Source: Eubacteriales bacterium (GTDB taxonomy: Bacteria > Bacillota > Clostridia > Oscillospirales > CAG-272). From it: a stretch of 53,067 bases of DNA. A program made the position numbers and the translations under genes. The notes under the pieces are model-generated. The model did no database searches. It was not told the origin of the DNA and was given only the letters and a program-made list of their open reading frames with translations. Every line of letters starts with the position of its first letter. Positions within the stretch are counted from its first letter, which is position 1. Location: NCBI GenBank assembly GCA_045658315.1, contig JAZOUV010000064.1, positions 1 through 53,067 of the forward strand, given 5' to 3'. Positions 29,767 to 39,846 of the stretch are shown piece after piece.

Positions 29767-31074
29767 TTAGTCCAAGAGATTACGCTTGTCAATCACTCTT
29801 ACAGCCTTACCCTCGGAACGTGGGATGGAGTTTGGCTCCATCAACTTAACCCTTGCGTTAATTCCGAGAATAACCTTGATTCCCTCGGCAAGCTCCTTAG
29901 CCTGCTTATCGAGTCCCTTGACTGTATCATGGAAGTTCTCGGGAGAAAGCTCTACGCGTACTTCGATACTGTCAAAATTATTCTCTCTGTCAACAACAAT
30001 CTGGTAGTTTGCCGTATATCCCTTTTCAATAAGAACAGTCTCAATCTGTGAGGGAAATACGTTAACGCCTCTGATAATAAGCATATCATCGGTTCTGCCT
30101 CTCGGCTTGGTCATCTTAACAAGCGTTCTTCCGCAAGAGCATTTTTCTCTTGTAATAACACCGATATCCCTTGTTCTGTATCTGAGTATGGGGAACGCTT
30201 CTTTAGTAATACACGAAAATACAAGCTCTCCCTGTGTTCCCTCCGGAAGCACCTCGCCGGTCTCGGGGTCAATCACCTCAACGATAAAGTGGTCTTCGTT
30301 TATATGCATACCCGTCTGTTCTTCACACTCGAAACCAACGCCGGGACCGATTATTTCGGTCAAGCCGTATATATCAAAAGCCTTGAGTCCGAGCATTTCC
30401 TCTATCTGCTGACGCATCTCATTTGTCCAAGGCTCAGCTCCGAAAATTCCCGCTTTAAGCTTTATGTCATCTTTCGTATATCCCATAGCATAAAGCGTCT
30501 CTGCAATATGCAAAGCGTATGAAGGAGTACAGCAAAGAATCGTTGAACCGAAATCCTTCAAAATCGTTACCTGTCTTTGAGTATTACCGCTTGATACGGG
30601 GATCGCAGTTGCCCCCAGTCTCTTTGCTCCGCCGTCAGCACCGAGTCCGCCCGTAAACAAGCCGTAACCGTATGAAACGTGTACCATATCTTCCTCGGTA
30701 CAGCCTGCCGCCGTAAATGCTCTTGCACAACAGTCAGCCCACAAATCAAGGTCGTTTTGCGTATATCCCACAACTATCTGTTTGCCCGTCGTACCACTCG
30801 ATGCGTGAAGTCTTACGACGTCCTTCATCGGAACCGCAAACATTCCATAGGGGTATGTATCACGCAAATCCTGCTTATAGTTAAACGGGAGCTTGTAAAG
30901 GTCATCTATACTCTTTATATCTTCGGGTACAATCCCTATTTCCTCCATTTTTTTGCGATAATGGGGAACATTTTCGTATACTCTTTTTACAGTGTTTATC
31001 AACCTTTCGCTTTGAATCGCTTTCATTTCTTCACGCGAAGCGGTCTCTATTTCGGGTTGGTAGTATTTCGCCAT
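29767..31074 (-). CDS. paaK: Phenylacetate-CoA ligase family
   Basis: HASSGTTGK, YGYGLFTGG, CTPSYA, FGAEPW, YGLTE, RYRTRD, GRTDDMLIIRGVNVFPSQIE and EGKAVR; SD GGAGA precedes ATG 31074. Confidence 0.93.
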   Translation of the reverse strand: MAKYYQPEIETASREEMKAIQSERLINTVKRVYENVPHYRKKMEEIGIVPEDIKSIDDLYKLPFNYKQDLRDTYPYGMFAVPMKDVVRLHASSGTTGKQIVVGYTQNDLDLWADCCARAFTAAGCTEEDMVHVSYGYGLFTGGLGADGGAKRLGATAIPVSSGNTQRQVTILKDFGSTILCCTPSYALHIAETLYAMGYTKDDIKLKAGIFGAEPWTNEMRQQIEEMLGLKAFDIYGLTEIIGPGVGFECEEQTGMHINEDHFIVEVIDPETGEVLPEGTQGELVFSCITKEAFPILRYRTRDIGVITREKCSCGRTLVKMTKPRGRTDDMLIIRGVNVFPSQIETVLIEKGYTANYQIVVDRENNFDSIEVRVELSPENFHDTVKGLDKQAKELAEGIKVILGINARVKLMEPNSIPRSEGKAVRVIDKRNLLD

Positions 31075-31090
31075 CAAATGACATCTCCTT

Positions 31091-31669
31091 TTACGCATTT
31101 GCACCCAATGCAAATGCCTTTTTATTCATTTCCAAGAATTTTTGAGGAACACTTTCCTCTATAGCCTTCAACCATTCAGCTTCCGAAAAATCAAAATATT
31201 TTGAAAGTCTACCCATAAGCACAAGATTAACAGCCTTTGACGAACCTGCTTTTTCTGCAAGTTCGAGTGCATTTATCGCATCGACGCTAAATCCGTCTGC
31301 CTTCATTTTTTCTGCAAGACCTGCAGGATATTCTGCTGCACCTGTAACAACGGGCATAGGATTTATCTGCTGTGTATTTGTAATTATCTTTCCGTCTTTT
31401 TTCAAAAATTTCGTCCATCTTGCCGCCTCGAGAAGCTCAAAAGAAACAATAAAATCTGCTTCGCCCTCGTCGATAACGGGAGAATACACCTCGTCTCCAA
31501 AACGCACGTAAGTTACGACCGAGCCGCCTCGCTGGCTCATTCCGTGAACCTCGGAAACCTTTACGTCATACCCCTTGGTAAGAAGCAATCTTCCCAAAAG
31601 CTTACTTGCAAGAAGAGAGCCTTGTCCGCCAACGCCGACAATCATTATATTTTTCGTATTGTTATTCAT
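31091..31669 (-). CDS. iorB: Indolepyruvate (arylpyruvate):ferredoxin oxidoreductase beta subunit
   Basis: GVGGQG, SEVHGMSQRGGSV and FELLEAAR. Confidence 0.93.
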   Translation of the reverse strand: MNNNTKNIMIVGVGGQGSLLASKLLGRLLLTKGYDVKVSEVHGMSQRGGSVVTYVRFGDEVYSPVIDEGEADFIVSFELLEAARWTKFLKKDGKIITNTQQINPMPVVTGAAEYPAGLAEKMKADGFSVDAINALELAEKAGSSKAVNLVLMGRLSKYFDFSEAEWLKAIEESVPQKFLEMNKKAFALGANA

Positions 31670-33405
31670 TTTGCTGCCTCCTGCATTGCTCCGAATTTAC
31701 AAAGCTGTGTGCATACTCCGCAACCGGTACATAGGGTTGCGTCTATCACTGCCTTTCCGTCAACCATACTAATTGCGGGACAGCCTATCTTCATACACAT
31801 CTTACAGCTCTTACATTTGTCTGCCGAAACTGTTACGGGAGACTTATGTTTTACGTATTTAAGAAGTGCACAAGGACGTCTCGATATAATAACCGAAGGC
31901 TCTTCTTTTGCCAATTCTTCTTTAATTACAGTTTCACATTCGGCAATGTTATACGGGTCTACAACTCTTACGGAATTTATGCCTATAGCCTTGCACAAAG
32001 CTTCAAGGTCCACCTTTGCCGCAGGGTCTCCCTTTAAATTAAATCCTGTTGTGGGGTTATGCTGGTGTCCCGTCATACCCGTAATAGAGTTATCGAGAAT
32101 AATAACGGTGCTGTTTGAATTGTTATATGAAATATTAACAAGCCCCGTCATACCCGAGTGCATAAACGTCGAATCGCCGATCACAGCAACAGTTTTGCCG
32201 TCGCTCTTGCCGTCATTCGCCTTGTTAAAGCCGTGAGCTCCCGATATAGAAGCCCCCATACAAATAACGCTGTCAACTGCATTAAGTGGAGCAACTGCCC
32301 CCAGTGTGTAACAGCCTATATCTCCGATTACGTTAAGCTTCAATTTTGACAAAACGTAATACAGACCTCTGTGAGGACAGCCTGCACACATAACGGGAGG
32401 ACGGTTGGGGATAACGGCATCTACAGCCTCTCCTGCGGTGTATTCTAACCCAAGTCCCGTTGCAACCTTATTCTGAGACAATTCGTCAATATTAGAAAAC
32501 AAATTTTTTCCCTCAGTCTCAATACCGATTGCATTGCAAAAGCCTTCGATAAATCCGTCAAGCTCTTCTACTACAATTACCTTTTTAACGGAAGAAGCAA
32601 ACTCTTTCATCAGCTTTTCGGAAATAGGCCACACCATACCGAGCTTCAATATGCTGACATCACATCCGCATACTTCCTTTACGTACTGATAACAAGTTCC
32701 TGCTGTAATAATACCTATCTTGTCATCACTACCCTTTTCCCATTTGTTAAGCGTGGAGGTTTCGGCATATTCAGCTAATTTAGCCATTCTCTCCTCAACA
32801 ATTGGGTGTCTCTTCTTTGCAAAACCGGGCATCATTATGTATTTTGAAGGATTCTTAACGTATTCAACTTGCTCTTTTTCAACACGGTCAGACGTTTCAA
32901 CAATGCTCTGCGAATGAGCAACACGGGTACACATCTTCAAAAGCACCGGCGTGTCAAATTTTTCAGAAATCTCATAAGCCGCCTTTGCGAACTCAAGCGA
33001 CTCCTTTGAGTTTGAAGGCTCCAGCATAGGCAGCTTCGCCGCCCTTGCGTAATGTCTTGAATCCTGCTCGTTTTGTGAACTGTGCATACCGGGGTCATCG
33101 GCAACACCGATAACCATACCTGCATTAATACCTGTATATGATATTGTAAACAGAGGGTCAGCCGCAACGTTAAGACCGACGTGCTTCATACCGCAAAAGC
33201 TTCGTTTTCCTGCCAAAGCCGCACCAAACGCAGCCTCCATAGCAACCTTTTCATTCGGTGCCCATTCTGCATAAATCTCAGCATATTTCGCCGCACATTC
33301 GGTTATTTCCGTACTGGGAGTGCCGGGATAACTTGAAACAAAAGAACATCCGGCCTCAAACAAACCTCTCGCAACAGCCTCATTACCTAACATTAGCTGT
33401 TTCAT
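31666..33405 (-). CDS. iorA: Indolepyruvate (arylpyruvate):ferredoxin oxidoreductase alpha subunit
   Basis: YPGTPSTEI, MKHVGLNVAAD, SSQNEQD, RPPVMCAGCPHR, DIGCYTLG, GDSTF (TPP motif) and C-terminal 2x4Fe-4S. Confidence 0.95.
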   Translation of the reverse strand: MKQLMLGNEAVARGLFEAGCSFVSSYPGTPSTEITECAAKYAEIYAEWAPNEKVAMEAAFGAALAGKRSFCGMKHVGLNVAADPLFTISYTGINAGMVIGVADDPGMHSSQNEQDSRHYARAAKLPMLEPSNSKESLEFAKAAYEISEKFDTPVLLKMCTRVAHSQSIVETSDRVEKEQVEYVKNPSKYIMMPGFAKKRHPIVEERMAKLAEYAETSTLNKWEKGSDDKIGIITAGTCYQYVKEVCGCDVSILKLGMVWPISEKLMKEFASSVKKVIVVEELDGFIEGFCNAIGIETEGKNLFSNIDELSQNKVATGLGLEYTAGEAVDAVIPNRPPVMCAGCPHRGLYYVLSKLKLNVIGDIGCYTLGAVAPLNAVDSVICMGASISGAHGFNKANDGKSDGKTVAVIGDSTFMHSGMTGLVNISYNNSNSTVIILDNSITGMTGHQHNPTTGFNLKGDPAAKVDLEALCKAIGINSVRVVDPYNIAECETVIKEELAKEEPSVIISRRPCALLKYVKHKSPVTVSADKCKSCKMCMKIGCPAISMVDGKAVIDATLCTGCGVCTQLCKFGAMQEAAK

Positions 33406-33470
33406 CTATCTTTTCCTCACTTTCTTTCCGCTAAAACACGGAGGAATTCTATCAAAAAAATAATATAGTT

Positions 33471-33499
33471 ATTATACCACAAATATAAAACATATTCAA
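33471..33499 (-). promoter_or_regulatory. Internal sigma-A promoter upstream of iorA
   Basis: TTGAAT-N17-TATAAT with TG extension on the minus strand. Confidence 0.6.
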
Positions 33500-33536
33500 T
33501 AATATATTACAGTTCTTTTTTACTTTTTTCTGTTTT

Positions 33537-35075
33537 TTATCCCATATGTTCTTTTACGGATACTGTAACACTTTGTGAATAGCAAGAAAACACTTTTTCT
33601 ACCGTTTCTTTATCAGGTTTCTTAGTAAAAGCACTTACTACGGGTACTATTATCAGTCCCGCCAGCATACAAAACGCACCTGCATTTATGGGAGACTGCA
33701 AGACAATGGGGAATGAACTTCTTATTAATATATTTGCTATCATCACAACCGTTGAGAATATTATGTTTACCCAAACGGCAGCCTTGGTTACGCCCTTCCA
33801 ATATAAACCGTACAGAAAAGGTGCAAGAAAAGCTCCCGCCAATGCTCCCCAGGATACACCCATAAGCTGAGCTATAAAAGAAATACTTCCTCTATGCTGA
33901 ATTATCGCAATTACTGCTGATATCGCAATAAACAGAACTATCAGAACACGCATAACCGATAACTGCTTCTTCTCGGTCATATTCCTTGCAATTTTTCCCT
34001 TTATAAAATCAAGAGTCAACGTAGAGCTTGACGTCAAAACAAGAGATGAAAGGGTTGACATTGATGCCGAAAGAACAAGCACTATAACTATTCCAATTAA
34101 AACATCGGACAGCCCTTTGAGCATATTCGGAACTATCGAATCGAAAATAACAGCTCCCTCCGCCGTCGTATCGGGTGTAAATAATCTGCCGAAGCCGCCG
34201 AGGAAATAGCAACCGCCTGCAACTATCAGTGCAAACACCGTGGAAATAATAGTTCCCTTTGTAATCGCCTTTTCATTTTTGATTGCATAAAACTTCTGCA
34301 CCATCTGCGGAAGACCCCAAGTTCCAAGCGAAGTAAGAAGTACTACGCCGAGCAGATTTATCGGGTCGGGACCGAAAAATGAGGTCAGTCCCCCTTGCTT
34401 TATCCCCTCAGCTTCGCTTGATATCATATTTAAGCTGTCCATAGCCGCAGTAAGTCCGCCCTGCGTATTAAGGACTGCTGTTATAACCGCTATTATACCC
34501 ACTATCATAATGATTCCCTGTATAAAATCATTAATCGCAGTAGCCATATACCCACCCGCAATAACGTATATTGCGGTCAATACCGACATTACTATTACGC
34601 AATATTCATACGGAATATCAAACGCCATACCGAAAAGACGGCTGAGTCCGTTGTAAAGCGATGCCGTGTACGGAATCAAAAATATAAATATTACCGCAGA
34701 TGACAGCAGTTTTAAGCCTTGACTGCTGTAACGGTTGCAAAAAAACTGCGGCATCGTAGCACTGTCTAAATGCTGAGTCATAATACGGGTACGTCTGCCT
34801 AATATAATCCAAGCAAGCAAAGAACCGAGTATTGCATTACCAATACCTGCCCATGTCGCCGCAATACCGTATTTCCAACCAAACTGCCCCGCATATCCTA
34901 CGAATACAACAGCCGAAAAATACGATGTGCCGTAAGCAAATGCCGTCAGCCAAGGACCTACGCTTCGTCCGCCCAACACAAAACCGTTTACGTCTGTTGA
35001 GTGCTTGCGGCAATATAAACCGATACCTATCATTGTACCGAAAAATATTACCAGCATTGCCACCTTAATAAACAT
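33537..35075 (-). CDS. Sodium:solute symporter (SSS) family protein
   Basis: About 13 TM segments; GFVLGGRSVGPW, SYFSAVVFVGYAG, GGYMATAINDFIQG and SASMSTLSS. Confidence 0.92.
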   Translation of the reverse strand: MFIKVAMLVIFFGTMIGIGLYCRKHSTDVNGFVLGGRSVGPWLTAFAYGTSYFSAVVFVGYAGQFGWKYGIAATWAGIGNAILGSLLAWIILGRRTRIMTQHLDSATMPQFFCNRYSSQGLKLLSSAVIFIFLIPYTASLYNGLSRLFGMAFDIPYEYCVIVMSVLTAIYVIAGGYMATAINDFIQGIIMIVGIIAVITAVLNTQGGLTAAMDSLNMISSEAEGIKQGGLTSFFGPDPINLLGVVLLTSLGTWGLPQMVQKFYAIKNEKAITKGTIISTVFALIVAGGCYFLGGFGRLFTPDTTAEGAVIFDSIVPNMLKGLSDVLIGIVIVLVLSASMSTLSSLVLTSSSTLTLDFIKGKIARNMTEKKQLSVMRVLIVLFIAISAVIAIIQHRGSISFIAQLMGVSWGALAGAFLAPFLYGLYWKGVTKAAVWVNIIFSTVVMIANILIRSSFPIVLQSPINAGAFCMLAGLIIVPVVSAFTKKPDKETVEKVFSCYSQSVTVSVKEHMG

Positions 35076-35109
35076 ATTATATCACCTTAATTTTTCTGTT
35101 TTTCAATTT

Positions 35110-36747
35110 TTATTTTGTTGTCTGTGCCTCTACAAGTCTTCCGGCACCGTACATCTGACGCAATACCGGCTTTTCAATCTTACCTGTAGGATTACGGGGA
35201 ACCTTTGCAAATATAAGCTTCTTCGGACGCTTATATCTCGGCAATGCGTGGCAGAAATCGTTTATTTCTTCTTCTGTTGCCGTCATTCCCTCTTTAAATT
35301 CAATAACTGCCGCCGCAATTTCACCAAGCCTTTCATCGGGAAGACCGATGACCGCAACGTCCTTTATCTTTGTATTTGTATTCAAGAAGTCCTCAATTTC
35401 AACGGGATATAGGTTTTCACCGCCCGAAATGATAACGTCTTTCTTTCGGTCAACAAGATAGATAAAGCCCTCTTCGTCCATTCTTGCAACGTCTCCGGTA
35501 AATAGCCAACCGTCCTTCAAGACTTCATTCGTCGCCTTCTCGTTCTTGTAGTAACAAAGCATTACTCCGTCGCCCTTAACCGCAAGCTCTCCCACGTCGC
35601 CCTGCTCTACTTTCTTACCGTTTTCGTCAACAATCTTCGCTTCCCAGTTATATCCCGGCTTACCTATTGCACCAACCTTATGAATGTTCTCGACACCGAG
35701 ATGAACACAGCCGGGACCAATCGATTCCGACAAACCGTAGTTCGTATCATACTCGTGATTTGGGAATTGCTTTTTCCATCTGTTGATAAGACTCGGCGGT
35801 ACAGGCTGTGCACCAATATGCATAAGTCTCCATTGGTCGAGCATATAGTCATCAAGCTGTATTTTACCCGCTTCAACTGCGTTAAGCAAATCCTGTGCCC
35901 ACGGCACAAGCAGCCACACAATAGTGCATTTTTCTTCGGTTACGGCACGTAAGATCCACTCCGGCTTTACACCTCTGAGAAGAACCGCACGGCTGCCCGA
36001 AAGTAAGCTTCCGAACCAGTGCATCTTAGCTCCCGTATGATAAAGGGGCGGAATACAAAGAAACACATCGTCTCTTGTTTGTCCGTGATGATTTTGCTCT
36101 GTTTTGCATGAGCTTACCAACGCCTTGTGATTATGTAAAATAGCCTTAGGTCTGCCCGTTGTCCCCGACGAGAAATATATTGCCGCGAAGTCTGTTTCTT
36201 CAACCATAACGGGCGGAGCCTTCGTTGAAGTATAAGTTACAAGCTCAAGATAGCTTTCTGCAAAAACAGGAATATCTCTTCCTACAAAAAATTTAAATTT
36301 GAGCCTTTCAAGGGCATTCGGCACAGTTTCAAGACGCTCTGTAAACTCAGGACCAAACACCAAAACGTCTACGTCTGCTAAATCAAGACAGTATTCAATT
36401 TCATCGCCCGAATATCTGAAGTTCATCGGAACCGCCAATGCACCCGATTTCAATATACCAAAATATATCGGCAGCCACTCGAGGCAGTTCATAAGAAGGA
36501 TAGCAACCTTCTGCCCCTTCTTTATACCTCTGCTAAGCAAAAGGTTCGCAAATCTGTTCGCCTTTTCATCAAACTGTCTCCAGTTTATCTCTCTTCTGTA
36601 AGGAAGGTCGGGGCTTGTATTTTCTATAAGACTAAAATCTCTCCACGTTACAGCATTATCTCTCTCTTCGGAAGGATTTATTTCAACCAATGCCGTTTCA
36701 TCTCCGTAAAGACGTGCATTTCTTTCCAAAAAATCCGCTATTACCAT
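35110..36747 (-). CDS. Class I adenylate-forming acyl/aryl-CoA ligase
   Basis: YFSSGTTGRPK, PPLYH, YGLSE, GWLFTGD, DRKKDVIISGGENLYP and PRNPTGKI. Confidence 0.92.
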   Translation of the reverse strand: MVIADFLERNARLYGDETALVEINPSEERDNAVTWRDFSLIENTSPDLPYRREINWRQFDEKANRFANLLLSRGIKKGQKVAILLMNCLEWLPIYFGILKSGALAVPMNFRYSGDEIEYCLDLADVDVLVFGPEFTERLETVPNALERLKFKFFVGRDIPVFAESYLELVTYTSTKAPPVMVEETDFAAIYFSSGTTGRPKAILHNHKALVSSCKTEQNHHGQTRDDVFLCIPPLYHTGAKMHWFGSLLSGSRAVLLRGVKPEWILRAVTEEKCTIVWLLVPWAQDLLNAVEAGKIQLDDYMLDQWRLMHIGAQPVPPSLINRWKKQFPNHEYDTNYGLSESIGPGCVHLGVENIHKVGAIGKPGYNWEAKIVDENGKKVEQGDVGELAVKGDGVMLCYYKNEKATNEVLKDGWLFTGDVARMDEEGFIYLVDRKKDVIISGGENLYPVEIEDFLNTNTKIKDVAVIGLPDERLGEIAAAVIEFKEGMTATEEEINDFCHALPRYKRPKKLIFAKVPRNPTGKIEKPVLRQMYGAGRLVEAQTTK

Positions 36748-36794
36748 TTTATTCTCCTTCTATGTTAAATCTTAATATTTTTTATACCAGCAAA

Positions 36795-37058
36795 ATAAAA
36801 AGTCCTCTGCGAGTAATTTTCGCAGAGGACGACTGTTAATCGTGGTACCACCTCAATTGGTTCTCATTAAGTCCGGGACAGTAGTTATCCTTAGACTCTT
36901 ACGCAGTAACGGGCGTCCCCGTCTTGTCTTACTCTGTATTTCGGACAAGCCGCTCGGAAATGTATTCAATAATATCTTCGTCTTTGTCTCGCACCAACCG
37001 ACAATTCTCTGTAAGAGTCTCGACATTATCTACTTGTTTTCGTCAACGCATTTAAATT
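36795..37058 (-). ncRNA. T-box riboswitch, Tyr (UAC) specifier
   Basis: Minus strand: AGUA...AGAGA...GGUGCGAG...GAA-UAC-A (specifier at 36962-36964), CCGUUA, T-box AAUUGAGGUGGUACCACG (36841-36858), terminator GUCCUCUGCG...CGCAGAGGAC-UUUU. Confidence 0.92.
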
Positions 37059-37066
37059 ATGTCAGC

Positions 37067-37095
37067 ATTTTACCACTTTCCTGTGCTAAAGTCAA
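37067..37095 (-). promoter_or_regulatory. Sigma-A promoter of the T-box leader
   Basis: TTGACT-N17-TAAAAT with TG extension immediately upstream of the T-box. Confidence 0.75.
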
Positions 37096-37210
37096 GAAGT
37101 ATTTGAAAAATTTTTTATATTTTTCAAAAAAACATTCAACAACATAACCCCAAAAAGCTAATACAACACAACATTCAAGCTGATTTTTATAAATATAACC
37201 GTACCTAAAT

Positions 37211-38485
37211 CTATATTTTCCCTCTTTTCGGTCTTACAAGACTGTACATTTCTTCAGCCGCCAGTCTGGTCTTTGCAACAAAATCCCCCTTTGTTTTAGG
37301 GAAGCAGTAATATAAAGTCTCTCTGTTGCCGATACTTATTACATCACCTATCTCATACCAATAATAATCCGAATTAACACTGTGCGAAACAAGCGGCTTT
37401 TGAGAATATTCAAGCTTTCCGTCGCACCCCGTTAAATAAAATCCGTTTTTGTCGTGAACTAAGTGTCCTTCTCCTATTTTATATAAAGCCTTATAATCAA
37501 CCAAAGCACATATATCCACGTCAACGTCAAGCTTGTAACTGCCTTCAAGTATCTCCTGTTTCACACATTCTCTTTGCCATTTATACCAATGCGGGATATG
37601 ACTGAACTCGGTTTCACCGTTTAATGCCTTTAATTTGCCAAACTCGTCAAGCTCGTATTCCTTGCCGCAATCGTGGCATACAAGCTTTGTTCCCTTGCCT
37701 TCCATTTTTCCTTCCTTTTGGCAATGGGCACATTTATATAATATTCTGTTGAGTCCGTCTGCACGGAACGGCTCGTCTATCTTAATTTTGTTTTCGTATT
37801 GCCATTCAAAATTATCGAAAGTAAAAGTATTTTCCAAAATCTCGTCTATTTCGGCAACCGTCTTTTCTCTAACTTCTTCACGCGAAAGAATACACGAAAT
37901 ATCGGCACTCACATTAACCCTTCTCTTTTGCAAACAGTTATAAAGTGGGTCGCGTGAGAATGCCCCAAACGTGTGAATGCTGAGTACGGGAACATCAAGC
38001 TTCTTCAAAAGTCTTCCCAAACCGCGAGGTAATGCGGTAGCACAACCGTCAAAGCTGTAACCCGCTTCCGGATACATAAGAACGCTTGTTTTTAATTCGT
38101 TCAAAGCATAAGCCATATCCGATATAAGCGTAACATCGTTTACAAATTTCTGTGTCGGTATACAGCCAATCTGTCTCATAAGCCAAGCCTTGCTTACAAA
38201 GGCATCGGTAGTTGCAACAAAGCAAAAAGGCATAGGATAAAGAATTGCGTTTGCAATCTCAAAATCAATAAAGCTTGAGTGGTTCATCAAAATAAGATAA
38301 GGTCCCTCTCCCGCCTTGTCCATATCAGTTTTTGTATATGAAAATTTTGTCGCCCACATATCAAACTGCGACAGTATTCTTACAAGCGTTCTGAAAAATA
38401 TGTTCGGTCTTTTGGGGTTAAAATGCTTTGGTCTCTTTATTTTTTCGAGCTGTTCGTATGAAATTTTTTTTGTTTTTATTTTCAT
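37211..38485 (-). CDS. PlsC-like acyltransferase with a C-terminal Zn-ribbon extension
   Basis: NHSSFID (HX4D) and MYPEAG; CAHC...CHDC. Confidence 0.8.
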   Translation of the reverse strand: MKIKTKKISYEQLEKIKRPKHFNPKRPNIFFRTLVRILSQFDMWATKFSYTKTDMDKAGEGPYLILMNHSSFIDFEIANAILYPMPFCFVATTDAFVSKAWLMRQIGCIPTQKFVNDVTLISDMAYALNELKTSVLMYPEAGYSFDGCATALPRGLGRLLKKLDVPVLSIHTFGAFSRDPLYNCLQKRRVNVSADISCILSREEVREKTVAEIDEILENTFTFDNFEWQYENKIKIDEPFRADGLNRILYKCAHCQKEGKMEGKGTKLVCHDCGKEYELDEFGKLKALNGETEFSHIPHWYKWQRECVKQEILEGSYKLDVDVDICALVDYKALYKIGEGHLVHDKNGFYLTGCDGKLEYSQKPLVSHSVNSDYYWYEIGDVISIGNRETLYYCFPKTKGDFVAKTRLAAEEMYSLVRPKRGKI

Positions 38486-38652
38486 AAAAGCCTCCGCTTT
38501 ATTTTATACATAAAAATTATAACACAAAAAAAGCGACAATACAACAATAAAATCAATATTTATTAACTAAAAATACTTCCATTAACAGCTATACAATTAA
38601 TATAATTTTCGGGGTATACTGTATATATAATAAAAAAGAAAGGATTAGAACG

Positions 38653-39087
38653 ATGATAGAACACGATACAATAAGACTGCTTCGAGAATGTGATTCAGGT
38701 GTAAAAATGGGCGTTTCTTCCATTGAAGACGTTGTTGATACCGTAAAAAACCAAGAATTTAAAGAAAAGCTTCTTGAATGCAAAAAAGATCATGAGGAGC
38801 TTGAATGTAAAATAAGACTCCAGCTTAACCGCTTCAGTGACGACGGAAAAGAACCCAACCCTATTGCGAAAGGTATGTCATGGATAAAAACTAACGCTAA
38901 GCTTGCGGTTGACGAATCCGACAAAACTGTTGCTGACCTTATGACTGACGGCTGTAATATGGGAGTAAAATCTTTAAGCCGTTATCTCAACCAATACAAA
39001 GCGGCAGACGAATATTCAAAAAATATCGCAAAAGACCTCATATCTCTTGAAAACAACCTTGCAAACGATATAAGACAATATCTGTAA
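38653..39087 (+). CDS. Conserved hypothetical helical (ferritin-like?) protein
   Basis: RBS AAGGA; helical pattern GVKMG...H...ADLMTDGCNMG...E. The fold is inferred only. Confidence 0.7.
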   Translation: MIEHDTIRLLRECDSGVKMGVSSIEDVVDTVKNQEFKEKLLECKKDHEELECKIRLQLNRFSDDGKEPNPIAKGMSWIKTNAKLAVDESDKTVADLMTDGCNMGVKSLSRYLNQYKAADEYSKNIAKDLISLENNLANDIRQYL

Positions 39088-39090
39088 AAA

Positions 39091-39127
39091 GAATAGGATA
39101 TTCAGTCAAACCCTGAATATCCTATTC
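39091..39127. terminator. Bidirectional terminator
   Basis: GAATAGGATATTCAG-loop-CTGAATATCCTATTC between convergent genes. Confidence 0.75.
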
Positions 39128-39132
39128 TCGTA

Positions 39133-39846
39133 TTATAATTTATTTAAAGCATCATAAGCAAATCTTGCCGAGTCGGGTGAATATGTTACACCCAGTGAAT
39201 AAACAGGCACTTTCTTAAAAAAGCTGTCCAATATTTCAAACAATAATGTAATCGCTTGTGGTCTGCTCGGTCTTAATATCTGCCCAAACAAAAGGTCCAT
39301 CGACTCTGACGGGCTTAGTTTTTTTATCTCATTCTGCTCAGACCTGTGTATAAAGCATACCGACTTCAACGGCACGGTGATATTATTACTTAAATCGCTT
39401 TTGCCCGAAAAAGGTGTGCCCGACGCATAAAACATCCCGTCTATCTCTCTGATAGCCGGTTTATCATCATTTATCACAACTACGTTTTCTTTTCCGAAAA
39501 CTTCCTGCCAAAATCCCGTATGAGTGGATTTCCCCGTTCCGCTGTCTGCCGAAAACAAATAAGCATTTCCCTCATAAGCAATTGCCGACGAGTGAAGTAC
39601 AAAACCGTTATACTTCAAAATCCTTGCCGCAAAACACGCACCCAAAAATATATATTCACAGTCTTCGGGAGAAAGATACGAATGCTCTTCGTTTTTCATC
39701 TTCAATATATCATCGGATATCTCAACTTTCATCACGTTCTCAGGTATTTCGTTTCCATTATATAAATACTTCTCGGAATACCTCTTTAATCGATCGTGGC
39801 AAGGATTCATTTCCACAAAAATATTAGCTATTTTATATAGTGCCAT
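39133..39846 (-). CDS. HPr kinase-related P-loop protein
   Basis: LHSSAI, ADSGTGKSTH (Walker A), INDDKP and GTPFSG; SD GGAGGA precedes ATG 39846; TTGACA-N17-TATAAT at 40008-39980. Confidence 0.8.
   Translation of the reverse strand: MALYKIANIFVEMNPCHDRLKRYSEKYLYNGNEIPENVMKVEISDDILKMKNEEHSYLSPEDCEYIFLGACFAARILKYNGFVLHSSAIAYEGNAYLFSADSGTGKSTHTGFWQEVFGKENVVVINDDKPAIREIDGMFYASGTPFSGKSDLSNNITVPLKSVCFIHRSEQNEIKKLSPSESMDLLFGQILRPSRPQAITLLFEILDSFFKKVPVYSLGVTYSPDSARFAYDALNKL

Noticed and set aside
36842..37147. 101-aa ORF
   Set aside because: Antisense to the T-box leader.
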